A DNA stretch of 38,239 nucleotides from an uncultured Prevotellaceae bacterium (GCA_902803455.1 CADCQC010000083.1:1-38239); one strand, 5' to 3'. Numbered from the stretch's first letter, positions 27,473 to 36,809 are shown. Program-made: numbers and translations. Notes: generated by a model from the sequence alone, not told the origin.

Positions 27473-30400
27473 ATGTCAACAGAGACGAACCCCAAAGCTG
27501 ATGGAAATCCAAAGAAATACGATGATTTCCTCACAGAGATTAAAACCTTTGTACCCGAAGACCGCATCTATACCGACGAGCTCCGCACATTGGGCTGGGG
27601 AACTGATGCCAGTTTCTACCGCCAGATTCCCAAAGTGGTGGTGCGCAGCGATGGTGAAGAAGAGATGTCACGTATCATTCGCACCTGCCACAAGCACCAT
27701 CTGCCATTCACCTTCAGAGCCGCCGGCACCTCCCTTTCTGGCCAAAGTTGCACAGATTCGATCCTTATTGTGGCCGGCAAGCACTGGGAGAAATACGAAA
27801 TAGGCCCCAACCAAGACACCATCCGTCTGCAACCAGGTATCGTAGGTGCCCGGGTGAACGAGATACTCAAACCTTTTGGCAGAGTTTTTCCACCCGACCC
27901 AGCCTCGATAGGCAGTGCCATGGTAGGCGGCATCGTCGTGAACAATGCCTCTGGTATGAATTGCGGTGTGCATGCCAACAGTGACCGTATGATGGTCAGT
28001 GCCCGCATGATTCTCACCGACGGTACCATCATTGATACCGCAGACGAGAAAAGCAAGGCAGAATTCCGCAAGACGCATCCTGACTTCATCCAGAAAATCG
28101 AGTCACTCCGCGACCGTGTCAGGGCCGACAAGGAACTGTCCGACCGCATCCGCCTGAAATACAGCATCAAGAATGTGACTGGCCTGAATCTCCGTCCCCT
28201 GTTGGCCTACGATGATCCTTTCGACATCATGGCTCACTCCCTTGTCGGTTCGGAGGGAACCCTTGCCTTCCTCTCTGAAGTGACGATGCGCACGCTCCAC
28301 GACTATCCCTTCAAAGCCTCTGCCATGGTCTATTTCCTCACGATGAAGGAAAGTTGTGAAGCCGTGGTTGCGATGAAGAAACTCAAGTCTGGCGAGGAGG
28401 ACCTGAAGATGAGTGCCGAAGATCTTGTCGTCAAGAGTGCTGAGATGCTCGACTACAAATCACTCTCCTCTGTGGATGATCCGGTATACCTCCAATATAA
28501 GAAAGACGTTGATGCAGGAAAGATAGAAGGAGTAGCCCCTGGCGACTACCACAACTTGACCGCCATCCTGACAGAGACGAAAGGCATCACTCATGAACAA
28601 TTGCTCGACAAAATCAGTCAGATCCAGCAATGCCTCAACAAATTCCGTCTCTATATCCCTGCTTCCTTCACCGAAGATCCGGCCATCTATGGAAAATACT
28701 GGGCCATCCGCTCAGGTATCTTCCCCTCAGTGGGCGGCACACGTCCTCTCGGCACCTCCTGTCTGATCGAAGATGTGGCATTCCACATCAATGATCTTCC
28801 CGAGGCCACGGTGAAGTTGCAGAAACTGATCGCCGACCACGGCTACGACGATGCCTGCATCTACGGCCATGCTTTCGAGGGCAACTACCATTTCATTCTC
28901 AATCAGAGTTTCAAGAGTGAGAGCGAGGTGAAGCGCTATGAGGAGATGATGCGCGACGTAGCCCGTCTGGTAGTCATGGAATATGACGGTTCGCTCAAGG
29001 CAGAGCACGGCACCGGCCGCAACATGGCTCCCTTTGTGAAATACGAATGCAAAGAGAAAGCCTACGAGGCTATGAAAGAACTCAAGGCAATCTTCGACCC
29101 TGACGGCCTGCTCAACCAAGGTGTCATTTTCAACGATGACCCCGAATGTTTTATCAAATGTCTCAAACCACTTCCCGTTCTCGACTATGACTTCGACCGT
29201 ATACCTGACGGTGGTGTATACCTCAAACTGGAAGGCGGCAAGGTGTCTACAGCGCGTGAGACCATCGAGGCAGTGAAACGAGCCAACAAGTGCATTGAAT
29301 GCGGATTCTGCGAAGTCAACTGCATGTCGTGTGGTCTGACGCTTTCCTCTCGTATGCGCATTGCCGTCCAACGTGAGATACGCGAATTGGAAAGCACCGG
29401 TGCAGATCCTGAGCGTGCAGCCCGCCTTAGAAAACAATACAAGTATTATGGTGACCAGACCTGTGCCACCGACGGATTGTGCTCCACCTCATGCCCGATG
29501 AAGATCAATACAGGTGAACTGACCCACCTCATCCGGCAGATGGATATGCTCAACAACAAAATGGGCTATAAGTTAGGTGAGTTTGCAGCCAACCACCTTG
29601 GCGGCATCAAGTCGGGCCTCCGCCTCGTGCTCGACGTTGCTCATCTGGGGCATGTCACCTTAGGTTCAAAAGCCATGACGTCCGTCTGTCGGACAATGAA
29701 CAAGATGGGCATGCCTCTTTGGACCACAGCCATGCCCAAGAAACGTCAACAGCCAAAACCTGGCTCACATGTAGGAAAGGCAGATAATGAAGACCTCAAG
29801 GTGGTTTATTTCCCCAGCTGCATCAACCAGACAATGGGACTCTCCAAGGACGCCCCTGTTGAGCATCCGTTGGTCGATGAGGTATGCCATTTGCTCAACA
29901 AGGCCGGCTATGAAGTTATTTTCCCAGAAAACATGCACAAAATGTGCTGCGGACAGATTTGGGAGAGTAAAGGCATGCTCGACATTGCCGACCGGAAAAG
30001 CGGTGAACTTGAGGACGCGCTGTGGAACGCCAGCCAACAAGGCCGTTACCCCATTCTCTGTGCCCAGAGTCCCTGTCTGCACCGCATGAAGAAGGTGATG
30101 AAACGTCTCCAACTCTACGAACCGGCAGAGTTTATCATGAAATTTCTGAAAGACAGGCTTGATTTCCATCCTATCGACCGCCACATCGCCCTTCACCTGA
30201 CCTGTTCCACCCGTGAGATGGGTGTTGCCGGCGACCTCATTGCCTTGGCAAAGTTATGCTCACGCAATGTCTATCTTCCCGAGGGAGTGGGCTGTTGTGG
30301 ATTTGCCGGTGACCGTGGCTTCACCTATCCAGAGATGAACAAGTATGCATTACGGAAACTGCGTCCTCAGATAGAGAAGCACCACATCGAGGTGGGATAT

Positions 30401-30502
30401 TCCAATAGCCGCACCTGCGAAATTGGTTTGCAAAGCAACACAGGCATCCCCTATATGAGCATTGTCTATCTGGTGAATGAATGTACGACCAAGAAGCAGT
30501 GA
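27473..30502 (+). CDS. FAD-binding and (Fe-S)-binding oxidoreductase, probable Fe-S D-lactate dehydrogenase (Dld-II type)
   Basis: FRAAGTSLSGQ, PDPAS, GSEGTL and GSLKAEHGTGRN (FAD oxidase); CIECGFCEVNC and CATDGLCSTSCP (two 4Fe-4S motifs); MCCGQ and GCCGFAG (CCG domains). Confidence 0.85.
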   Translation: MSTETNPKADGNPKKYDDFLTEIKTFVPEDRIYTDELRTLGWGTDASFYRQIPKVVVRSDGEEEMSRIIRTCHKHHLPFTFRAAGTSLSGQSCTDSILIVAGKHWEKYEIGPNQDTIRLQPGIVGARVNEILKPFGRVFPPDPASIGSAMVGGIVVNNASGMNCGVHANSDRMMVSARMILTDGTIIDTADEKSKAEFRKTHPDFIQKIESLRDRVRADKELSDRIRLKYSIKNVTGLNLRPLLAYDDPFDIMAHSLVGSEGTLAFLSEVTMRTLHDYPFKASAMVYFLTMKESCEAVVAMKKLKSGEEDLKMSAEDLVVKSAEMLDYKSLSSVDDPVYLQYKKDVDAGKIEGVAPGDYHNLTAILTETKGITHEQLLDKISQIQQCLNKFRLYIPASFTEDPAIYGKYWAIRSGIFPSVGGTRPLGTSCLIEDVAFHINDLPEATVKLQKLIADHGYDDACIYGHAFEGNYHFILNQSFKSESEVKRYEEMMRDVARLVVMEYDGSLKAEHGTGRNMAPFVKYECKEKAYEAMKELKAIFDPDGLLNQGVIFNDDPECFIKCLKPLPVLDYDFDRIPDGGVYLKLEGGKVSTARETIEAVKRANKCIECGFCEVNCMSCGLTLSSRMRIAVQREIRELESTGADPERAARLRKQYKYYGDQTCATDGLCSTSCPMKINTGELTHLIRQMDMLNNKMGYKLGEFAANHLGGIKSGLRLVLDVAHLGHVTLGSKAMTSVCRTMNKMGMPLWTTAMPKKRQQPKPGSHVGKADNEDLKVVYFPSCINQTMGLSKDAPVEHPLVDEVCHLLNKAGYEVIFPENMHKMCCGQIWESKGMLDIADRKSGELEDALWNASQQGRYPILCAQSPCLHRMKKVMKRLQLYEPAEFIMKFLKDRLDFHPIDRHIALHLTCSTREMGVAGDLIALAKLCSRNVYLPEGVGCCGFAGDRGFTYPEMNKYALRKLRPQIEKHHIEVGYSNSRTCEIGLQSNTGIPYMSIVYLVNECTTKKQ

Positions 30503-30537
30503 TCTAAACAGATTATCATAAAACGACATATCCGGCC

Positions 30538-31050
30538 ATGTATCAATCCTATATGATTATCCGTCTGACACTGGTCTGCATGCTTTCAGTCCTGCTATGG
30601 TCCTCATGTGCTTCATCAGAGGCCTCACGACAGGAAAAGGCTGTCATGCGCGCTCTAACACAGAAGCGGATCAGTGAAGGTCTCTCGAGCCGTCATTATG
30701 TCATCGATGTCGACCGTGCCCACCCCGATGGCCGTTCGCCAATCCACCTCACCAGTCCTTATTCTGTCACCATATCCAACGACACCATCGTCTCCTATCT
30801 GCCCTTTTTCGGCCGTGCTTACGATGTGCCTTATGGTGGTGGAACAGGTCTCAATTTCACTGGCCGCATCCTTCAATATGAGGAGAGCATCACCCGAAAG
30901 GGCTGTCACCTCATCATGATGGAGGTGCATAGTGAAGAGGACACCTATCAATATGCCATCGATCTCTATAATGACGGCACCGCTATTATCAATGTGCATC
31001 CCCGCCGTAGGAGTCATATCGCCTTCACTGGCAATTTTCATATTGAGTGA
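30538..31050 (+). CDS. DUF4251-like lipoprotein
   Basis: Lipobox LWSSC and YSVTISNDTIVSYLPFFGRAYDVPYGGG.GLNF, typical of this Bacteroidota family. The start could be 30553. Confidence 0.75.
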   Translation: MYQSYMIIRLTLVCMLSVLLWSSCASSEASRQEKAVMRALTQKRISEGLSSRHYVIDVDRAHPDGRSPIHLTSPYSVTISNDTIVSYLPFFGRAYDVPYGGGTGLNFTGRILQYEESITRKGCHLIMMEVHSEEDTYQYAIDLYNDGTAIINVHPRRRSHIAFTGNFHIE

Positions 31051-31092
31051 GTCTGCATTTCCCCATTGATTTAAATGAGGGCGCGTCAGTAA

Positions 31093-31142
31093 ATGAAGTA
31101 AACCCCAGAAGTCTTTTGTTCAACTTCTGGGGTTCACTTTAT
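31093..31142. repeat. 20-bp inverted repeat between convergent genes; resembles abutted IS3-family ends and probably acts as a bidirectional terminator
   Basis: ATGAAGTAAACCCCAGAAGT (31093-31112) versus ACTTCTGGGGTTCACTTTAT (31123-31142): 18/20 complementary, with a 10-nt spacer. Confidence 0.7.
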
Positions 31143-31233
31143 GTATGAATGATGTCATTTTCCGATTGTCATCTGATGATGCATTTCCTCCTATCTATCT
31201 AAAAAAATCATTCCATTTTCTACGGGATAGCCA

Positions 31234-31767
31234 TCACCACTTGATTCCTTCCAAGAAGCGGATGACTTCCGGGTCGTCAGCTTTTGTTGCTGTAGCCCCC
31301 ACCCTCACGACATGTCCATCAGGAAAAGCGGTGTAATAGACGAAACTAAAGCCGGCTGCTTTCCGGTAGACCGTCCAGGTGTTACCACCAATTATCTGTT
31401 CCTCCAATCTATTGTCGATCGTACAGCCATCATGTTTGGCACAGATAGCCACCTCTGTCAAGCCACAATCTCTTAGGGTGAGTTTTATCCCATCTTTTGT
31501 CGCCACCAGACCATTTTTTTCTTCTTTGGCTTCCCAATTGGCAGGAATGTCTACCCGATAGTTCCCACGAGGAGCATTCCCGGTCATCTCAGCGGCAGGC
31601 GCACCATCTTCCGCCACAGTCTGTTCCCTCTCTGATTTTTCTTGCCCGGCAACTTCCTCGGTGCCAAACACGCCAAGTTCAGAAGGATCGGTTTTTCCCT
31701 CCTTCCCACAAGCTACCAGCCATCCTGCGATGACCAAGATCATCATTCCACGTATACCTTGTCTCAT
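31234..31767 (-). CDS. Hypothetical lipoprotein
   Basis: Lipobox WLVAC, an acidic disordered linker and a ~105-aa beta-rich domain (YRVDIPANWEAKE...). It has its own -7 box upstream. Confidence 0.75.
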   Translation of the reverse strand: MRQGIRGMMILVIAGWLVACGKEGKTDPSELGVFGTEEVAGQEKSEREQTVAEDGAPAAEMTGNAPRGNYRVDIPANWEAKEEKNGLVATKDGIKLTLRDCGLTEVAICAKHDGCTIDNRLEEQIIGGNTWTVYRKAAGFSFVYYTAFPDGHVVRVGATATKADDPEVIRFLEGIKW

Positions 31768-31799
31768 TTATCTGTTTGAAAAGCAAATTGGCAACCTTG

Positions 31800-31831
31800 C
31801 AAAATTACGAAGACCATTTCAAAAAAGCAAG
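31800..31831 (-). promoter_or_regulatory. Sigma-A promoter for the minus-strand lipoprotein
   Basis: Minus strand CTTG (31831-31828), a 20-nt spacer and TAATTTTG (31807-31800). Confidence 0.6.
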
Positions 31832-31923
31832 ATTCCACTGTCTATTCTACCAAAAGAAGCGGCAAAATGCTTCAAGAATGAAAAAAAATCACCCCAAATC
31901 TTCACTTTGCCGTTTTTTTTCAA

Positions 31924-31931
31924 TATATTTG
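31924..31931 (+). promoter_or_regulatory. -7 box (TATATTTG) for the ATPase-DUF4435 operon
   Basis: TAnnTTTG followed by C and preceded by a T-run, about 96 nt upstream of ATG 32028. Confidence 0.6.
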
Positions 31932-32027
31932 CTTCACGAATGTTGATTGCAGGTTTTCAGCTATCATGAATTTCCTTATGGAATGTATTCTTCCGACCAA
32001 GATTATAACTGTTATACCATCACCACC

Positions 32028-32849
32028 ATGCAGAAATACGCTGATTACATCGAGCAGATAGAGATTGACTCCTTATGGAGTGGCAGGCGCCACATCAAGT
32101 GGGACCTGGACCAGCATGTGAATATCCTCAGCGGCACCAACGGACAAGGCAAAAGCACCATCATCAACAAAGTGGTGAAAGGTTTGGCTGCCGGAGGCGA
32201 ATACCCCAGCCACATGCTCAAAGGCGTGCGACTGAAAGTATACCCATCAGAAGCCAAATGGATCAGATTTGACGTGATCCGCTCTTTCGACCGTCCGCTG
32301 ATGAACCTCGACACATTGGCGAAAATGGATATGAGTCTAGCCACAGAACTCGACTGGCAATTGTTCCAACTACAACGCAAATATCTTGATTATCAAGTGA
32401 ACATCGGCAACCGCATCATCGAAGTTCTTCAGAGTGGTGTCCCCGATGCAGCCCAAAAAGCCCAGGAGATCTCCGCTCCCAAGAAACGATTTCAAGACAT
32501 GATGGACGACCTGTTCTCCGACACTGGAAAGAAAATCGTGCGCACAGCCAATGAGATTTTCTTTTCTCAGATAGGCGAGACACTAGTCCCTTATCAATTG
32601 TCAAGTGGAGAGAAGCAGATGCTCGCCATCCTTCTCACCGTCCTCATCCAAGACAACAATCATTGCGTGCTTTTCATGGACGAGCCAGAAGTGAGCCTCC
32701 ACATCGAATGGCAGAAGCGCCTCATCGACCTGGTGCTGGAACTGAACCCCAACGTACAGATCATCCTCACCACACACTCCCCCGCTGTCATCATGAACGG
32801 ATGGATGGACAATGTGACCGAGGTCTCCGACATCACCGACAGCTACTGA
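32028..32849 (+). CDS. Soluble ABC-type ATPase (AAA_21/AAA_15-like; AriA-like), 273 aa
   Basis: Walker A GTNGQGKST, signature LSSGEKQ, Walker B LFMDEPE, D-loop SLH and H-switch TTHSP. No TM partner nearby. The upstream track extension to 31947 is probably not translated. Confidence 0.88.
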   Translation: MQKYADYIEQIEIDSLWSGRRHIKWDLDQHVNILSGTNGQGKSTIINKVVKGLAAGGEYPSHMLKGVRLKVYPSEAKWIRFDVIRSFDRPLMNLDTLAKMDMSLATELDWQLFQLQRKYLDYQVNIGNRIIEVLQSGVPDAAQKAQEISAPKKRFQDMMDDLFSDTGKKIVRTANEIFFSQIGETLVPYQLSSGEKQMLAILLTVLIQDNNHCVLFMDEPEVSLHIEWQKRLIDLVLELNPNVQIILTTHSPAVIMNGWMDNVTEVSDITDSY

Positions 32850-32926
32850 TGGGAGGCTACTGCCAACCCTGAGAAGGTGACAATAACCACTTTAACCCAA
32901 GAAGTGACATCTCACACACGTGCATA

Positions 32927-33994
32927 ATGGCTAAACGACTCAGAGAAAACCTTAACTCCGACTACTTCAGCGCTGCCAACAATATGCTGGGTAAGAAAAA
33001 AAGACGCCGCATCGCAGCCTATGTGGAGAGTTATGACGACGTGTATTTCTGGCGTATGGTACTCAGTGAATTTGAGGATGAGACGCGCTATTTTGAAGTG
33101 ATGTTGCCATCCAAGGTCAGTCTGGCAAAAGGCAAGAAACAAGTGCTGATGAATCTCATTGGTGACCAGGTGGGTCAAGACATGATCGCCTGTGTGGATG
33201 CTGACTACGACTACCTCATGCAAGGCGCCACCAAGACATCTGAGAAGATCATCTCTAACCCCTATGTTTTCCACACTTATGTCTACGCCATCGAGAACTA
33301 CCAATGCTATGCCCCCTCGCTGCACAATGTTTGCGTGATGGCCACGTTGAACGACAAGCAAGTTTTCAATTTCGAGGAATATCTCCGTCTCTACTCCCAG
33401 GCTATTTTCCCGCTATTTGTGTGGAGCATCTGGTATTATCGGTCACCCAATTATGGTGACTTCTCCATTTCCGATTTCAACAAAGTGATAGACACGGGGC
33501 ATTTCACCATGGCACGTGCGATGGATAACATCGTGAATGTGAGGCATAAAGTGGGAAGGAAAGTCGTGCAGTTGCAACGTGAGAATCCTGATGCCAAAGA
33601 ATCCTATTTGGCACTCAAGGAAGAGCTCAAGGAACTCGGTGTGACTCCCGATACCACCTATTTATATATACAAGGTCATCATCTCTACGACACGCTCACC
33701 GTACCGATGCTCACTAAGGTGTGTGAAAAACTGCGCCGCGACCGTGAGACAGAAATTCACCGTAAGGCCGTTCATGGCACACAAATGCGCAACGAACTGT
33801 CGTGCTACGAGAACAGCATCGAGGCAGTGTCCTCAATGCTGAAGAAGAATATCGGCTATGTCAGTTCCCCTCCCTATCAACGTCTAAAAGCCGATATCCG
33901 GTATTATCTCAAACATCTGCCATCTATTCCCGAAGAATCGCCAGAAACCGATGATACCAATCCCACGCCATCACCTATTCCATCACATTCATGA
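32927..33994 (+). CDS. DUF4435-like TOPRIM-domain protein (OLD/AriB-like nuclease)
   Basis: YVESYDD (TOPRIM glutamate), CVDADYD (DxD), YAIENY and C-terminal IQGH. It follows an AAA_21-type ATPase, the typical DUF4435 context. Confidence 0.82.
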   Translation: MAKRLRENLNSDYFSAANNMLGKKKRRRIAAYVESYDDVYFWRMVLSEFEDETRYFEVMLPSKVSLAKGKKQVLMNLIGDQVGQDMIACVDADYDYLMQGATKTSEKIISNPYVFHTYVYAIENYQCYAPSLHNVCVMATLNDKQVFNFEEYLRLYSQAIFPLFVWSIWYYRSPNYGDFSISDFNKVIDTGHFTMARAMDNIVNVRHKVGRKVVQLQRENPDAKESYLALKEELKELGVTPDTTYLYIQGHHLYDTLTVPMLTKVCEKLRRDRETEIHRKAVHGTQMRNELSCYENSIEAVSSMLKKNIGYVSSPPYQRLKADIRYYLKHLPSIPEESPETDDTNPTPSPIPSHS

Positions 33995-34383
33995 CAACCG
34001 ACCTCAAGACCACCTCGCTCGAAACATCCCGTCTCTTAAGGAAGCGCAGATTCAACGAACCCGTATTGGCCTACTACGACACCGACGGGCAACTCTGTCA
34101 GACGGCAGATATGCCAGGCATCCGCATGAACAATCCAACTCACGACAAGGATGCACGGCATCAAGTATATGCAGCTCCCACCCTGCCACAAGCCCAACAA
34201 TGGTTAAGGGAAAAGAAACGGTATGACGTGCTTGTCGACCGTGATTATTTCTATGGTAAAGTAGGAAAATACTATGCCAAAATCATCCGTCTGAAAGATG
34301 GCGCCATGAGCGAGACCGGCAAATACCGCCATTATGACCAAGCCTTAGAAGCAGGTTTGCTGAAGGCCTTGCGCACCATGTGA
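33991..34383 (+). CDS. Hypothetical 130-aa protein resembling a family seen in Bacteroidota phages and prophages
   Basis: ATGA overlap with the DUF4435 gene. Pattern TSLETSRLLRKRRF.EP....Y ... AAPTLPQAQQWLREKK ... YDQALEAGLLKAL. The family resemblance is from memory and was not searched. Confidence 0.7.
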   Translation: MTTDLKTTSLETSRLLRKRRFNEPVLAYYDTDGQLCQTADMPGIRMNNPTHDKDARHQVYAAPTLPQAQQWLREKKRYDVLVDRDYFYGKVGKYYAKIIRLKDGAMSETGKYRHYDQALEAGLLKALRTM

Positions 34384-34510
34384 TTTTGTAAAAACTCTTA
34401 TCGTTACGATTTTTTATCTCTCACACATGTGATTTCCATATAAAAGAGGTAAAAACACACTTATTAACATTATTTATTACGGAAGTCCCAATAAAGATAA
34501 CATTTTGATG

Positions 34511-34518
34511 TAATTTTG
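34511..34518 (+). promoter_or_regulatory. -7 box (TAATTTTG) for hppA
   Basis: TAnnTTTG-CA, about 40 nt upstream of the ATG. Confidence 0.65.
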
Positions 34519-34557
34519 CATAGGAAAGCATAGAAATATCATTATCAACTAATAATT

Positions 34558-36750
34558 ATGAACATTCCTTTAGTATTTTGGCTTGTTCCCATTGCATCGG
34601 TGTGCGCATTGGGTATGGCCTGGTATTTCTTCAAGCAGATGATGCGCGAGGACGAAGGCACACCAAGAATGAAAGAAATCGCTGAATATGTGAGACATGG
34701 CGCGATGGCATATTTGAAACAGCAATACCGCGTGGTGCTCATCGTATTCATTGTGCTGGCTATCCTCTTCGCCTTCATGGCCTATGTATTACACTGGCAG
34801 AATCCCTGGGTTCCATTTGCCTTCCTGACAGGTGGTTTCTTCAGCGGTCTGGCTGGTTTCTTCGGTATGAAGACAGCCACCTACGCTTCAGCGCGCACCG
34901 CTAATGCAGCCCGCCAGAGCATGGATGCTGGTCTGAAAATCGCTTTCCGTTCAGGAGCTGTGATGGGACTTACTGTTGTCGGTCTCGGTTTGCTCGACAT
35001 CGCCATCTGGTTTCTGGTGCTCAACTACTTCTATGAAGGAGACAAACTGGCCCTGATCACCATCACCACCACCATGCTGACCTTCGGCATGGGTGCCTCC
35101 ACCCAGGCTTTGTTTGCCCGTGTGGGTGGTGGTATCTACACCAAGGCAGCAGATGTTGGAGCAGACATCGTGGGAAAGGTGGAAGCAGACATCCCAGAGG
35201 ATGATCCCCGTAATCCTGCGACTATCGCCGACAACGTGGGTGACAACGTGGGTGACGTGGCAGGTATGGGTGCCGACCTCTATGAGAGTTATTGTGGCAG
35301 TATCCTCAGTACCGCAGCCCTTGGAGCCGTGGCTTTCGCTTTGGTCCCCGACATGCAGCTGAGAGCCGTCATTGCCCCGATGCTGATCGCAGCCGTCGGT
35401 GTATTTCTCAGTGTCTTTGGCATCTATCTTGTCAGGACCAAGGAAGGTGCTACGATGAAAGACCTGCTCCACTCCCTCTCTTTGGGTACGAATGTTTCCG
35501 CCAGTCTGATTGCCATAGCCACTTTTATCATACTCTATCTGCTTGATATTGAAAATTGGCTTGGCCTGTCGTTCTCTGTTATCTCTGGATTGGCTGCAGG
35601 TGTGATCATTGGTCAGGCAACAGAATATTTCACCTCTCACTCCTATAAGCCCACCCAAAGAATCTCTGAAGCAGGCCAGACGGGTTCTGCCACGGTGATC
35701 ATCAAGGGTATTGGAACAGGTATGATATCCACCTGGATTCCAGTGCTCACCATTGGTGTGGCTATCATCATGAGTTATCTTTGCGCCAACGGATTTGACC
35801 TCTCGATGAGTTCAAGCAGTCTGTCACATGGTCTTTATGGCATTGGTATTGCCGCTGTCGGTATGCTCTCGACGCTGGGAATCACTTTGGCCACTGACGC
35901 ATACGGACCTATTGCCGACAATGCTGGCGGCAATGCGGAGATGAGTGAATTGGGTGAGGAGGTACGTCACCGCACCGATGCGCTCGATGCTTTGGGCAAC
36001 ACCACAGCAGCCACGGGCAAGGGCTTCGCTATCGGTTCAGCCGCATTGACCGCACTGGCACTGCTTGCTTCTTATATCGAAGAAGTGAAGATTGCCATGG
36101 AGCGCTCAGGCATGGAACTGACCAACCTCAAAGGTGACATGATCTCAGCTGCCAATGCCACGATCCCAGACTTTATGAACTACTTCCAAGTGAACCTGAT
36201 GAATCCGAGAGTGCTGGTAGGAGCCTTTATCGGTGCAATGGCCGCATTCCTTTTCTGTGGCCTTACGATGGAGGCAGTGGGTCGTGCCGCCCAAAAGATG
36301 GTGGAGGAAGTTCGCCGTCAGTTCAAGGAAATCGCAGGCATCCTCGAAGGAACAGGCACACCCGACTATAAACGCTGTGTGGAAATTTCCACCCGTGCCG
36401 CCCAGCATGAGATGATATTCCCGTCGCTTCTGGCCATTGCCATCCCCATCGTTGTCGGTGTGCTTTTGGGTGTTGCCGGTGTGTTGGGTCTGCTGGTTGG
36501 AGGTCTTTCCTGTGGCTTTACCCTGGCTGTGTTTATGGCAAATGCCGGTGGCGCTTGGGACAATGCCAAGAAAATGGTGGAGGAAGGCAATTTCGGCGGT
36601 AAGGGCTCTTTTGCCCATAAAGCCACCATCGTGGGTGACACTGTGGGCGATCCCTTCAAGGATACTTCCGGCCCCAGCCTCAACATTCTGATCAAACTGA
36701 TGTCGATGGTCAGTATTGTCATGGCAGGTCTGACGATTGCCTTTATGTAA
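34558..36750 (+). CDS. hppA: Membrane-bound cation-translocating pyrophosphatase (K+-dependent; Na+ or Na+/H+ type)
   Basis: [63 protein letters not shown] and [14 protein letters not shown]. Confidence 0.97.
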   Translation: MNIPLVFWLVPIASVCALGMAWYFFKQMMREDEGTPRMKEIAEYVRHGAMAYLKQQYRVVLIVFIVLAILFAFMAYVLHWQNPWVPFAFLTGGFFSGLAGFFGMKTATYASARTANAARQSMDAGLKIAFRSGAVMGLTVVGLGLLDIAIWFLVLNYFYEGDKLALITITTTMLTFGMGASTQALFARVGGGIYTKAADVGADIVGKVEADIPEDDPRNPATIADNVGDNVGDVAGMGADLYESYCGSILSTAALGAVAFALVPDMQLRAVIAPMLIAAVGVFLSVFGIYLVRTKEGATMKDLLHSLSLGTNVSASLIAIATFIILYLLDIENWLGLSFSVISGLAAGVIIGQATEYFTSHSYKPTQRISEAGQTGSATVIIKGIGTGMISTWIPVLTIGVAIIMSYLCANGFDLSMSSSSLSHGLYGIGIAAVGMLSTLGITLATDAYGPIADNAGGNAEMSELGEEVRHRTDALDALGNTTAATGKGFAIGSAALTALALLASYIEEVKIAMERSGMELTNLKGDMISAANATIPDFMNYFQVNLMNPRVLVGAFIGAMAAFLFCGLTMEAVGRAAQKMVEEVRRQFKEIAGILEGTGTPDYKRCVEISTRAAQHEMIFPSLLAIAIPIVVGVLLGVAGVLGLLVGGLSCGFTLAVFMANAGGAWDNAKKMVEEGNFGGKGSFAHKATIVGDTVGDPFKDTSGPSLNILIKLMSMVSIVMAGLTIAFM

Positions 36751-36777
36751 TCAATCCGCTTCTATACAATGATTTTG

Positions 36778-36809
36778 ACAGGCAAGGATAAAATTCCTTG
36801 CCTGTTTTT
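36778..36809 (+). terminator. Intrinsic terminator of hppA
   Basis: ACAGGCAAGGA-TAAAAT-TCCTTGCCTGT perfect 11-bp stem followed by TTTTCTTT. Confidence 0.88.

Noticed and set aside
28727-29437. 236-aa minus-strand ORF inside the D-lactate dehydrogenase-like gene (similarly 34951..35658 inside hppA)
   Set aside because: Antisense shadow ORFs expected from the codon bias of the sense genes.
32028-32849. ATPase as an ABC transporter subunit or an SMC/RecF/SbcC repair protein
   Set aside because: No permease is adjacent and it is too short for the long coiled coils of SMC/SbcC. The TOPRIM neighbour explains it better.
32842-32909. Short imperfect direct repeats between the ATPase and DUF4435 genes (GCTACTG twice; AACCC..AGAAG.TGACA twice), considered as a mini-array or retron-like ncRNA
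   Set aside because: Only two degenerate copies, no stable fold evident, and no reverse transcriptase or Cas gene in the window.
33991-34383. Possible prophage remnant around the phage-like gene
   Set aside because: No integrase, structural genes, att-like repeats or further phage-like ORFs nearby.
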